Part shown: piece after piece, positions 13,201 through 26,042 of the stretch
Position numbering within the stretch: position 1 is the stretch's first letter
How the letters are laid out: each line of letters starts with the position of its first letter
DNA from: Mytilus edulis
Lineage: Eukaryota
Direction: 5' to 3'
Length of the DNA stretch: 64,000 nucleotides
NCBI RefSeq assembly: GCF_963676685.1
Contig: NC_092350.1
Location: forward strand, 20,522,001 to 20,586,000
Notes under the pieces: generated by a model
Databases searched by the model: none
What the model was told of the DNA's origin: nothing
The model's input: only the letters and a program-made list of their open reading frames with translations
Position numbers and translations under genes: made by a program

Positions 13201-16200
13201 ACTGTCCCACTCGGAGGACGGCTGTTCCAGCCCGCACTGTCTGGTAGTGACAGACTCCCATTCGGAGGACAGGCTTTACCAGCACACACTGTCTGATAAA
13301 GACAGACTGTACCAGCCATACTGTCTTTTAGTGACAGACAAACCCATCTTGAGGACAGGCTGTCTTATTGTATTATATTTGTATATATATTATAATTGTC
13401 TGTTGTTACTTTATATCGGCAAAGAGTCGGTGTGTATATTTTAGTTCATTGTGCATAGCATAGATAGTTACAGTTTTTGGTATTGACGTATTGTTTGTGG
13501 ACAACTTGGATCAAAGTATTTACTGGAACGTTCGTTTAATGGTTACACGTTACAATACCAAGGATTTATATAATAATGGTTATCCTTGATAAAACTCCAA
13601 CAACTATTAAATGTAACCATAGTAACTTATATAACTGTATTTTAAAACCCCTTAGTAACCAATATTCTGGCATTACACATTCTGGAATTTTAATACAATT
13701 ATTAAGCACTCCTTGTATGTCGATTATTAAACTTTGCCCTTTCCAACAAAATATTAAGGCATTCCCAAAAATAATTGATGATATACTTCCTATTGTATAT
13801 ATTATTATATTGATACTTAAATTATTGTGCCAACCGGCCTCAAACTTCAACTTTGGCCTTGTATTTTTTTCTCATCTCGTGGCAACATTTTTAATAATTA
13901 AAAATCTGGTTTTTTTTTTAGAGGTTTACATTTTATATCCTATGAATTTAACCAAGAGTCTCTTGTAGATCTATACATATATATTTACATACGTGTATGC
14001 GTAATTGCAAACAAAATATGCAGAACAACCACACACTCCCCGGGCACAACCAATACGGTTCGTCTTCCAGTAAAGTATCTGAAAGAAAACATAGCAATTA
14101 AAATATTAAGATGTGGTCTAACTGCAAAAGGTACAACTATCTACCAAAGACCAAAGTATAATATTTTTATCAAACGTTAAAATTGTATAGCTTTAATGTA
14201 TATTTCAATCTCCGTTTATAAATTAAGAAACTATTAAGAAACTAAGGTTCACACTCCCTTTTGAAATAAAAGCTGACAAAACTAGGTGGGTTGGTTATTC
14301 TAGGCATTATAGTACATGACCGTTGGCTAACGTTACTCGTAAGGGTAACACAAGAAAATCCTACGGCGGCACGGAATTTAGTATTTTTTATTTCCTACAC
14401 CTATAATTTAACCTGGTAAAAACATTTTGAATGGCAAATTGTTCTGACTTGTTCATTTCTTATATCAAATTGTTTATTATATACTATATAGTGCATGCAT
14501 TACATGTTACTCTTGTTTTACCTGGGCAGCATGTAGTACATACTATATAGTGCATGCATTACATGTTACTCTTGTTTTACCTGGGCAGCATGTAGCACAT
14601 ACTATATAGTGCATGCATTACACGTTACTTTTGTTTTACCTGGGCAGCATGTAGAACATATTATATAGTGCATGCATTACACGTTACTCTTGTTTTACCT
14701 GGGCAGCATGTAGTACATACTATATAGTGCATGCATTACATGTTACTCTTGTTTTACCTGGGCAGCATGTAGCACATACTATATAGTGCATGCATTACAC
14801 GTTACTCTTGTTTTACCTGGGCAGCATGTAGCACATACTATATAGTGCATGCATTACACGTTACTCTTGTTTTACCTGGGCAGCATGTAGTACATACTAT
14901 ATAGTGCATGCATTACATGTTACTCTTGTTTTACCTGGGCAGCATGTAGCACATACTATATAGTGCATGCATTACACGTTACTTTTGTTTTACCTGGGCA
15001 GCATGTAGTACATACTATATAGTGCATGCATTACACGTTACTCTTGTTTTACCTGGGCAGCATGTAGTACATACTATATAGTGCATGCATTACACGTTAC
15101 TCTTGTTTTACCTGGGCAGCATGTAGTACATACTATATAGTGCATGCATTACACGTTACTCTTGTTTTACCTGGGCAGCATGTAGTACATACTATATAGT
15201 GCATGCATTACACGTTACTCTTGTTTTACCTGAGCAGCATGTATCACATACTATATAGTGCATGCATTACATGTTACTCTTGTTTTACCTGGGCAGCATG
15301 TAGTACATACTATATAGTGCATGCATTACACGTTACTCTTGTTTTACCTGAGCAGCATGTATCACATACTATATAGTGCATGCATTACATGTTACTCTTG
15401 TTTTACCTGGGCAGCATGTAGTACATACTATATAGTGCATGCATTACACGTTACTCTTGTTTTACCTGAGCAGCATGTATCACATACTATATAGTGCATG
15501 CATTACATGTTACTCTTGTTTTACCTGGGCAGCATGTAGTACATTCTATATAGTGCATGCATTACACGTTACTCTTGTTTTACCTGGGCAGCATGTAGTA
15601 CATACTATATAGTGCATGCATTACAAGTTACTCTTGTTTTACCTGAGCAGCATGTAGTACATCCTGTTTATTACATACTATATAGTGCATGCATTACATG
15701 TTACTCTTGTTTTATATACTATATAGTGCATGCATTACATGTTACTCTTGTTTTATATACTATATAGTGCATGCATTACATGTTACTCTTGTTCTATATA
15801 CTATATAGTGCATGCATTTCATGTTACTCTTGTTTTACCTGGGCAGCATGTAGTGCATGTTACTCTTGTTTTACCTGGGCAGCATGTAATACATCCCAAG
15901 CATTTCCGGTAAGCGATCCAGTCCCATACTCAAAGTCATCTCCTTCTTTAAACCATTTATTCAGACAATCTGACCAACCTATTGACCCATAACACAAGTT
16001 CTGTCCAGTAGCAACACCAGGAAGTGCTGTAATAAATAATTTTCTTATGGAAAAAAAATATTGAGATGCAACTAAGTGAAAGATCAACTGGAATTCAACT
16101 GAACGAAACATTAATCATTCCATTTGTAGAGTTCAGGTTTGGCAGACGACCTTCTTAATACAAAATAATAAAAAGTTGAAAGCATGATGAAAAACATGAA

Positions 16201-19200
16201 AACATTATTTTAAAAGTGAATATACGTTTGGGTATTATTGCAAAGTTTACATAAAGTGTACTGTTAAATCTTTAAGTATTATTTGTGAAAAAAATATCAT
16301 ATAGATTCAGTCAAACAAAAACGACTATAGAAATTGATAACTGGGTTGGGGTGGGGTGTTAATTCGAATTGATTTCATGAAAAGCATGAATTATTATAGA
16401 TATTGACGTCTAAAATTATTTTGTACTAGTATTGTGGAAAATGTTTACAGAAAGTTTACTGTTAGTTTTAATAGATCTTTTTTTTAAGTCTTTAACTGTG
16501 TTATTTGTGAAAAAAATATCATATATATTCAGTCAAACAAAAACGACTATAGAAATTGATAACTGGGTTGGTGGGGAGGGGTGTAATTAGTCGAATTGCT
16601 TTCAGAAAATATCACACGTACAATCAGAATATCTGTCATAGTAATTATCATGTTCCATAGAATATCTCAGTGCGTGTTTCATGGCCTCTTCTGCTAAGGC
16701 TTCATCCCATACCTAACAAGGAGAAAACATGACTTTTGTATATAACTATATAACAATACTATGTGTACAATTATATTAGAATTCTATGTCTACCATTATA
16801 TTACAATACTATCTGTACAACTATATTACAATACTAGTGTAGTGTAACTGTAATACTATATATGTGTACACATTTTTGGGGTCTTTTATAGCTTTTTATG
16901 AATACCTTATTTTTCTTGGCCCATTCTTCTCTATTTTTAATTCAAGCACTAAGTCTTCATTATTCTCTTTTTTTATTTTTTGGTCTATTTTTGACATGGA
17001 TCATCGTTCTTCAATGTTTTGTTTGGATCAACCAACAGCTTTCATTTTGAAAGTGTTAACTATTGGCATTGAATGGTTTTTATAACCTTCCTTTTTTCTC
17101 GTTCATCCCAACATTTCACCGAACAGGTTTTACAGCGGAATGTGTTTCGGTTCCTAACATAACGGGCTCCACAAGAGGAGCAGAAACTATTAATATTAAG
17201 TTCCCTCTTTCTCCAATTCAGCTGCGCATTATGCTTTGAGAAAAAGTATTGTTTATCTCATTTTCTTTCTGCAATCTTTCATTGGTTCTATTTATAATGC
17301 TTCCTTCTGATTCTTCTCTGAGTTCTTAAAAAAATTGTTAATCAACAAATATGCATATGTAACTTATTGTAAAGTCTTGAATAATTTTATATATGATACA
17401 GTGGAATTTGTGCTTTTATATTTTCAATAAACTTACCATTTTCATCATGTTTGTTGCATTAGGAGCAATACGTTTTCTGAAGGCGTTGTGGGAATCTACA
17501 ATTAGTTTCTGGGTGTACGGTGTCACTTTACCGGGAACCTTTAGTGTAGAATTAAAGAATGGAATATATATATATTTAATTTATCTATACGAACTTGATA
17601 ACTATCATACTTAAAATCCCAATACAATGACCAGTTTCCAAAATATAGCCCAGCAGAAGCTATACAACGTTTGTATTTTGCTTTAAAGTTAAATCCATTG
17701 ATATTAGGAAAGCATATATGATTATACAATCCCTTTCTAAAATTTAACTATATTTGACAGATATATCGATATAATATAAAGTACTGACTGGAAAATCATG
17801 AATAGCACTAAACATAATAGTCTTGAGATGTTTCTGTTCTATTGTTTTTACTAATAAACCATTTTACCATTATAGTTGTAAAAATGACAGTTACTTGACT
17901 GCATTCGCCAGTCCATTATTCCCCTAATTTCATATCTGTTTTTGTTGTATTGTTTCAGGATAAAAGTACTTTTAAAAATTAAAATGCCCAATACAAAATC
18001 GAGGATTATAATTATACTCACTGCCAAAATTTCAGAGACACCTAAAACGGAAACAACGTTAATTTATCAGCTTATGTTCATCATGATGATGTTACTTGAA
18101 ATTAATGCATTTACCTGCCTTAATTAAAACTTCTATATTTGTTAATTGTTCATAATGTATACGTTTCATGGTCAATAAACAAGTGAGGGTGTAAAACATA
18201 ACGAAAGGAAGTTTTTGTTCATAAATAATTTATTTGCGTTTGAGGGCACGAACAAGAAAATAATGATATTTCAATTGATCCATTGGCGTGTTAACATCAC
18301 TTTCAACACGATTGTGCTATTTCGTGGTGGTCAGTTTTTATTGATGAAGAAAGCAGGATAGCCCAGATTGAACCACCAACATTTGGTATTTAAACTAGCT
18401 CCTCTAAACAATTACGATTTGAGTCGAGCACACCTACCACGTGCGAGATTCGAATTCATCACCACCTCCGTGTTGACAGGCTAGTGATACAATAGTTAGA
18501 CTACTTAGACCCCTCCTCAATCACGGAACAGAAGAAATAACTGAAAATCTTATGAAATGGTATGCAGGAAAATTGAGTTTCATGACACCCAGTTATTACC
18601 AAAGGCCCCCTGCGCCAAAAACTTGACATTAACTTCATCTCGCATGCCTTAAAGTGAGAGTAATGAAACAACCCCTTTGATAGAATAAGGAGTGTATAAT
18701 GTTTGTGTATATGTATGAAATCATATCAACCAGATAATACCTAATAACGGTTATTCTGAAAAAGTCAAAGGCACTGAAAATATCTAATGAGCACTTTTAC
18801 GAGTTTTGATTTCTATACGGGGCTTGCACCAAACTCACTTTCTCTTTCCTTAAGTTTGCATTTACTCCTGCAGATATAATCCATCATACAATTTAGTTTT
18901 GAAGACTTTTTATATCAAATAAAACCCCTTTAAATCAAGATGAACTGCATGCGTACCTGATTAAAACTTCTTTCTCTCTGTTTCTATTTAGAGCATACTT
19001 GAATTTACAAACCCTATATCTCTTAAAAGTATCGTTTGCCTTTGATTAATATAAAATAAACCATGCAAAAGCAGATTATCTGAAATTCTGAACACAAACT
19101 TTGTAATAATAATAATAATAAAATTGAGAATGGAAATGGGGAATGTGTCAAAGAGACAACAACCCGCCCAAATAAAAAACAACAGCAGAGGGTCACCAAC

Positions 19201-19749
19201 AGGTCTGTTTTTATGTCTTATTAAATGTCTTTTTGCGTTTGTTTCTCTGTCTTATATTTTCTCCCATTTATTTGTATTGAAGTCCTGTCATGTAATGGTG
19301 TCATTTTAATTTTATAATTAACATTGCCATTAAAGCGGTAGCTTTGGAATGCCACAAAACCAGGTTCAACCCTCCATTTTTTTTTCTAAAAATGCCCTGT
19401 ACCAAGTCAGAAAATGGCCATTGTTATATTATAGTTCGTTTCTGTGTGTGTTATATTTTAATGTTGTATTTCTGTTGTGTCGTAGTTCTCTTATATTTAA
19501 TGCGTTTCACTCGGTTTTACTTTGTAACCCGGATTTGGTTTTTCTCTATCGATTTATGAATTTCGAACAGCGGTATACTACTGTTGCCTTTATTTGCTAC
19601 ACTTTTCAATATCGGAATTTCTAAAATTATAACAATAATTCATTGACTTAGGATATATTTGTACAAAAAAAAATATATTTTCAATGTATATACTTACAAA
19701 TAAAAGCAGTAACAAGAACAACTGGAATCAAACGTCCTAGGTCACCCAT
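10284..19749 (-). CDS. Secreted CAP-superfamily (SCP/CRISP-like) cysteine-rich protein with EGF-like and ShK-like C-terminal modules, 274 aa. Exons 19749-19698, 18041-18022, 17538-17437, 16712-16622, 16026-15875, 14078-13993, 12716-12631, 10966-10856, 10408-10284
   Basis: All nine exons have GT/AG boundaries with matching phases (825 nt). Signal peptide MGDLGRLIPVVLVTAFICVSEILA. CAP motifs HNAFR, NMMKMVWD, GQNL, W..E, LHAAQ, IGCA, FVCNY. Hinge GQPCEACPNNCVDGLC, then DCGGKMCMNDGSLDLGTCECTC, then a six-Cys CPHFCKRC end. AATAAA lies ~25 nt after the stop. Confidence 0.9.
11479..11634. mobile_element. Second copy of the 5-bp-TSD MITE, in a CAP gene intron
   Basis: Homologous to 9515-9651; TTTAT at 11474-11478 and 11635-11639. 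Confidence 0.78.
12140..12364. mobile_element. MITE with internal GATTA(T/C) sub-repeats and 6-bp TSD
   Basis: TIR gagggccctcatgggg / ccccatgaggggcctc; TAACTT at 12134-12139 and 12365-12370. Confidence 0.8.
12828..13554. mobile_element. Probable solo LTR (Gypsy-type) in a CAP gene intron
   Basis: TGTAATGT...ACGTTACA inverted termini, 4-bp TSD ATAC (12824-12827 and 13555-13558), internal short repeats, no coding capacity. Confidence 0.72.
14479..15888. repeat. 59-bp tandem repeat array overlapping the CAP exon 5 donor
   Basis: Twenty regular 59-bp units (register shifts 1 nt per 60-nt line), then shorter partial units running into the exon end. Confidence 0.95.
18285..18510 (-). mobile_element. 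Degenerate tRNA-derived SINE (related copy at ~42745-42920)
   Basis: Reverse-strand B-box-like sequence (gattcgaa(t/c) on +) and homology between the two copies. Confidence 0.5.
19330..19595 (-). repeat. High-copy interspersed repeat family C (…aaaggcaacagtagtataccgctgttc… end)
   Basis: Related copies at ~32050-32195 and, inverted, at ~39305-39600. Confidence 0.7.
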
Positions 19750-21699
19750 TTTCTACAGTTTGTAATAATTCACTTATCGTACATATGTTACGGAAGATGA
19801 GGACTAACTGCTGGTTTTTTCTTCATTTGTTCTGTACTGGTCAATAACCTTATTTACATATTTTATATCTACATAATATATATCTTTTTGTTGTTCAATG
19901 ACAATGCTAGAAAGTGATTCATTATATACATGCACGAAAAAAATAATGCACATAGACGACTGTTCACAAAGATAATTAAATATGCGTTGACATATGTAAA
20001 TGTTGAGTTAAGAATGTGTTGAACAAAAAGGGTTAGGTATTGTTTCGCCGATAATTCTATTGAAACCACAATTTATAATATATGCCATGGTCAATTGATA
20101 TAAAACTAGCAACCTAACCAAAAAATCCTTTAATAGAATACAACATGTTTCAGAAATAAAGGTCATTGTACATGACACATATATGTAGAACGGTCCGTTA
20201 TAGACTTTTGATAACATTCTTTGTATAATTGCATTTTGCAATTTTGACAACCTAAAAATTGAAATATAATAATAATTATTTTGATACGAATCCCGACAAG
20301 CCCTCCAAAATATAATGATGTTTAGCAATTCCCCTAAACATTTTATTTTAGAGATTCTAACACTATTTTGATCGGTCTACTGAACTACCGAAAGTAAAAA
20401 GTAAACAAACAACTAATTTCATTAAACATCATTCGCTTTCACCTCTTATAAATATGTGCATATGGTAACTGACAAGTTGTTAACTCTGTAACGAGCTGGT
20501 TTCAATTCTAGACATTGATCTCAATGAACCAAAAAGGAATTAGAGTAGAGAATGGAAATGAGGAACGAGTCAAAGAGACAAAAACCAGACCCCAGAGTAG
20601 AAAACAGCCCAAGACAACCAATGGTCTTCATCGCAGCAAGAAACGTCCGTGTCCGAAGGTGGGCTTCAGCTGATCCTTAAGCAGTAATATATACTATTTC
20701 AACGAAATGGACGCCACACTGAACACTGAAACATATGAACCTAATGATAAAAAAGGCTTGGGGTTCCTGTCTTATAACAGACCAACCAATGCGGGGATAC
20801 ACATATGTTTTGTGACATCTTAAGCCTATACATTTAGCCAATGTGGAATAAACAAATACACCGCACTACTTACAATACATTATTAACAGTAATAGTTTGG
20901 GTAGGGAGAAAAGGCCACCGAAAAAACTGAACCATAACAATATGAGTTGTGTACAACATTGTACATATGATAAAAACTAAATAATATTGTAGAATCAAGA
21001 CTGAAAAGGAAATATAAGTTAAACTGACCAAATCAATATAATGAATTGAGAACTTCAGGAAAGAGGTATGATAAGAATAAGTTAAAGAAAGCAATGCATG
21101 AATGTAAGAAGACCATTTCTTGGAAGGAAGACAAGTTTAATTGAACAATTCGAGATAATTTTGGGGATATTGATCAACAGTGGGAAACGGCGTGATATTT
21201 ATTAGAGTAAAGAACATTTGCAAATTTGACTGGTGTAGACGAAATGCGCGTTTGGCGTATAAAATTATAATCCTGGTACGTACTTTTGATAAATATTTAA
21301 TATAATACCCTTTTGGTACATTTTTGAAATACCGGTAATTGCGACATTAATTACGGCAACAACTTAGAAGGTGTTTTTTTAACGATTAACATAAAAATCA
21401 ATCTGGTTTCACACATATCAACAAATAAATCATATAACCTGCAATGCAATGATTTTTAGTAAGTCCGCTTTCCATATATTTATTCAATTTATGTAAACAA
21501 TAATACAGGTAAAGTCACTTTAGCACACAATTTTAAGCAAGTCTGAAAGGTAACAATATTGTATGCTTATTTAAAAGTTCATGCTTATCTACTAGTATAT
21601 ACTATTGATTTTGTTTGTTTCCTGCTTCAAACAAATAAGCATGCATCTATATCGACAACCATAATAACATGAATAAGTGACGGGGGCGTGTGCATGTAA

Positions 21700-22170
21700 A
21701 ATTTTCAACGATTAAATTCAAATAGGCTTTTACTGGTAACAAAAGCTGTTTTAGTCCCGTCTTGGGGGTCCATGCCCACTTGATGATAACCACTAGCCAA
21801 ATCGAGAGTACTAAACAATAGGTTTCCCCTTAGTGCATCAAGACAGTCCTCTATTCTAGGCAAAAGGAAATTATCTTTAATAGACACATCGTTGACTAAG
21901 CGAAAATCAATATACAGGCGAATTGACTGGTCCTTCTTGCGAACAACTACAATAGGGTAGGTCAATGGTGACTGGAAATGACGTATAATACCCCATCAAG
22001 CATTTGTTGTATTTCTTTGTCAACCTCTTTTCTTTGAGCCAAAGGTACACGTCATGGGTTTTGTTTTATGGGATGATCATCTCCTGTATTTATTTTATGT
22101 TGTTTTATGTCTCTCCTACCCAGGTCATTTTTGGATATTGCAAAAGCGCCAGAGTATTTAGTTAAAACTA
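21700..22170 (-). mobile_element. Ty3/Gypsy LTR-retrotransposon RT fragment (degenerate)
   Basis: HKINTGD..PIKQ, PIVVVRKKD..IRLYIDFR, LPRIEDCLD, FSTLDLASGYHQV, KTAF; stops and frameshifts present. Confidence 0.88.
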
Positions 22171-22241
22171 AAAGGTCAACTAAAGATTTGCATTTATTCG
22201 CTTAAATTTGGGGTTACTTTAACACTTTTCCATCACAACTT

Positions 22242-22785
22242 ATTACCTTAGCTGTATTTGGCAAAACTTTAAGGAATTTTTTGTCCCCAATGCTCTTTTA
22301 CTTCGTACTTTTTTTTTACCTGAGTGTTTGATATTTTTTAGACGGAGCTTTGTAGACGGAACGCGCGTATGGCGTAAATATAAAATTTCAATCCTGGTAT
22401 CTATGATGAGTTTATTTACAACCACTAGGTCGATGTCACTGCTGGTGGAGTTTTAATTCCCCGAGGGTATCACAAACCCAGTAGTCAGTACTTCTGTGTT
22501 GACTTTAGTTATCATTGATAATGTTCATAATTATAAATTAACTGTTAACAAAACTTTATAATTTTTGAAATACTAAAGCTTTTCTACCTTAGGAATAGAT
22601 TACCTTCGCTCTATTTGGCCAAACTTTTATGATTTTTTTGTCCTCAATGCTCTTCAACTTCGTATTTTATTTGACCTTTTTAACATTTTTTATTCGAGCG
22701 TCACTGATGAGTCTTTCGTAGACAAAACGCGCGTATGGCGTAAATATATAAAATTTCAATCCTGGAATCTATGATGAGTTTATTT
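22242..22785 (+). ncRNA. Retrozyme-like repeat: ~1.5 tandem monomers (~368 nt) carrying type I hammerhead motifs (both mutated)
   Basis: gcgtca-CTGATGA-gtct..agac-AAAA-cgcgcg-TA-tggcgt at ~22698-22741 (G12 lost); a decayed first motif at ~22340-22375. Confidence 0.8.
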
Positions 22786-23964
22786 GCATATGTTCAGGTA
22801 AAACTAAATCAAACTCGATTCATAAACCCAGCTTTTTTTTCTTGACATAAACTGAAACATAAAATTAAATAACATTTTATGAAATATTACTGACATAAAA
22901 TGTCCTTGAAGGTCTATTCAACCGTGAAACCGGTATGATATTATCATGATTATGGGGGATACTATGGAGAACAATATGAACAATTTGACAAATTGAGGAT
23001 AGAAATGGGGAATGTGTCAAAGAGACAACAACCCGACCATATAACAGACAACAGCAGAAGGTTACTAATAGGTCTTCAATGCAGGGAGAAATTCCCGCAC
23101 CTGGAGGCGTCCTTCAGCTGGCCCATAAATAAATATATACACTTGTTCAGTGATAATGAACGTCATACTAAACTCCAAATTATACACAAGAATCTATAAA
23201 GTTAAAAAGGATACAAGACCAACAAAGGCCATAGGCTCCTGACTTGGGACGTACAGACGCAAAAATGCGGCGGGGTATATATGTCAGTATGGCATTCAAC
23301 AATAATCAGACCCCATTTTGCATACTTGCAGTCAGTTGAAAATGACTCGATCGAAATGACATATGTAGACTATACACAGTATCGGGCAAAACCTCAATAC
23401 TTCCTATTATTGGGTATACGGGGATGTGCCAAAAATATGGGTCATAATTTTGCGAGATTTTATATAAAAATGACCCTCCTTTTTAATGACATCCTATATT
23501 AAAATGCATTTACGTTTGATAACTGTATATTGATTTGGGGTATGATCTACATATCATATATAAATATGCTATTGAGAATCTTACATTATTAATGGTCAAT
23601 TATTATATTAGATTAAATCGATTCATTTGAAAGTTCACCTTTCAAATAAGTACCCAAATGAACCATCAAACGATGTCAATTCATATATAAAAACTTAAGG
23701 GTAGATGGTATATTTATGAATTATGAGTGATGATGAGTTAGTGCTTATATAAGCATGGGTCATATTTTAAATATTGTATATAAGTATAGGTCATTCTTTT
23801 TTTTATAAATATTTATGTAACTATAGGTACTAAATTTCAGTGAATGCTATAATAAAATGGGTACGTTTTTTGAGGCAAAAATGGCACACACCTACCAAAA
23901 AAATATCGAAGTTACCCCCCCCCCCCCCCCCGTGTGTCGCATGTCGAGATTCCCTGTAAAAGAA

Positions 23965-24185
23965 CATGTACATGACCTAGATGACATCATTGTGTTTTCT
24001 AAAATCATTTGAGGAGCACATTACCAGGCTCCAAGAAGTTTTTGATAGAAGTTAGTTGGCTCGGTTGAAAATTGCTCTTAAAATATGTGTTTTATTTTTG
24101 GGACATGTTGAGAATGAAGAGGGTATGTCACAAGATTCAATTAATAACGAGGCTGTACAGTCATGGCCGTTGCCACCAAATGTTA
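23965..24185 (+). mobile_element. Degenerate Gypsy RT fragment
   Basis: Reads LDDIIVFS..FEEHITRLQEVFDR...FLGHV across frameshifts. Confidence 0.6.
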
Positions 24186-24441
24186 CGGGACAGGGTTGTA
24201 TTGATACCTGTAGTTTTACTCACACGTGACTATGATAACGGTAAATTCTACTACAATGTATATGTCAACCCTATGTTACGGGACGGGGGCTCTATTAATA
24301 CAGATTAACACACATGTGACTATGGTATTGGTAAATTCATCTATGTCAACCCTATGTTACGGAACGGGGGCTGTATTGATACAGGTTAACACACATGTAA
24401 CTGTGGTATTGGTAAATTCAACCATCTGTCAACCCTGGTAT
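24181..24441. repeat. ~81-93-bp tandem repeat, about 3 copies
   Basis: tgttacgg starts at 24181, 24274 and 24355. Confidence 0.65.
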
Positions 24442-24989
24442 TAAGTTACAAACTAAGTTATACTGGTAGCGTAGCTGGCAAAATGGTCAAGGCAAATAGT
24501 AGTGTAGCAGACAAAACAGCTAAGGCACTGGTCTAAATATGGTAGCTCAGAAATTCATTAACATTGACTTACTTATTACACGTACAACATATAACAAGAT
24601 GTATTTAGCTTCACAATTTATTATATACAAACAATCAATACTATTACAAGTATAAATCACATGAAAATCACACTAGAGCACTTAAGTAATAAAATATACA
24701 GGACCCCTCTTTTAGGTTCGTTAGTCGTTTGTCAACAACATAGTAAGTGTAGTAAAACATCTAGGTCAATCTTGGTTTGGTTCATTTATTCGACGGGAAG
24801 GCATACACTAGCAAAGGTACATGCATTGCATCGACAGCAGCACTTGGTATGTTTCCTTGGTATCAGGAGTGAACGCCATGGTATCGGGCCGCAGTCTATG
24901 CAATACATGTACCTTTGCTATTGTATGCATCCCCGTTGAATAAATGGACCAATAATATAAATATATACGACAGCAATAAATTATTTTTC

Positions 24990-25420
24990 CAGTCCAGTAT
25001 TAGTGATGAATATATGTTATTTTAACAATATGCATTCCTTGAACATATTCCAGAGTATATTTCTATTTGTCGTTTTGTTCAGCCTTTTTTAATTATAAAA
25101 CAAATTCATACGTCATTTAATGCTGTCCCAGTTAGCTTTTCTGTACAAAGGGAATTTTCTTGGCCTATTGTTGTTATCATTGGATTGGTGATTAATTCTA
25201 CATACACAAAAATCATGCTCTGCTATTCCTGGAATGACATCTAGTCTGCCCATTAAACAGTTGGTGATAATAGTGTTCAATGTGTTTCATACATATTTGT
25301 AGTTGGCGCATGTTTAAAGTTGAGTCTATAAGCTTGTAGTTTTGTTCTGCATTGTGAGTTCCTTGGTTTTCCTGGTAGGATGTAGTCGCCCTATACAATC
25401 ATTTAGAATGAATTATTTTG
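24990..25420 (-). mobile_element. Degenerate LINE endonuclease-linker fragment
   Basis: Minus strand reads PGIAEHD and PRKFPLYRKANWDSIK, typical of the end of the APE domain. Confidence 0.5.
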
Positions 25421-26042
25421 TGAAGCTCTATTGACAAATGTTTCAATTCAGAGATGCTCTTCATATTAAAAAGTAAACTCACAAAAATACTGAACTCTGA
25501 GGAAAATTCAAAACGGAAAGTACCTAATCAAATGAAAAATCAAAAGCTCAAACACACCAAACGAACGGATAAACCATTAGTATAGTCGGATAATTTTATA
25601 AAGATCATATTAAGTATTTCGACATGTTTAACATAGAACTAAACATTGTGTGTTAAAAAAAACTCTATATCCATAATTCGCTTTATACTGTGTGATGGAC
25701 AGTGGCTTGTTTTTTTTTGAAGGGGAGGAGACTTTTGAAAATAAATTGCCTGACATTTATATTTTCAAGTGTAGGATGGAAATTAATATCATAAACCTGA
25801 AAGTTTTGGAAGTAGTTTTGCATGAAAATGAAAATAGTCATACATGAAGTATTTTGTAAAAAAATAATTAATCTGTACGTTCCTCGTTGTTTTTCAATAT
25901 AAATGTGAAAAATATTTCCTTGACCTCCCAAAGAATATGAAATAGTCGTTCACATTTACTTGTTTATTCTATGCCGCACCTGTGTTGACCTTTCACATTA
26001 ATTTACCTTTTGTTTTACTTTTTTCTTTAGTTTGTATACAGT

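Noticed and set aside
13566-13968. Opposing 94- and 130-aa ORFs
   Set aside because: No recognisable domain; at most a decayed L1/Tx1-type 3' remnant (FWEC-like trace), too weak to call.
14479-15888. CRISPR-like regular array
   Set aside because: Units are contiguous near-identical 59-mers with no unique spacers and no cas genes, in a eukaryotic intron.
17541-17729. 62-aa minus-strand ORF as an extra CAP exon
   Set aside because: Its acceptor phase does not fit exon 2, and exon 2 already joins exon 3 in frame.
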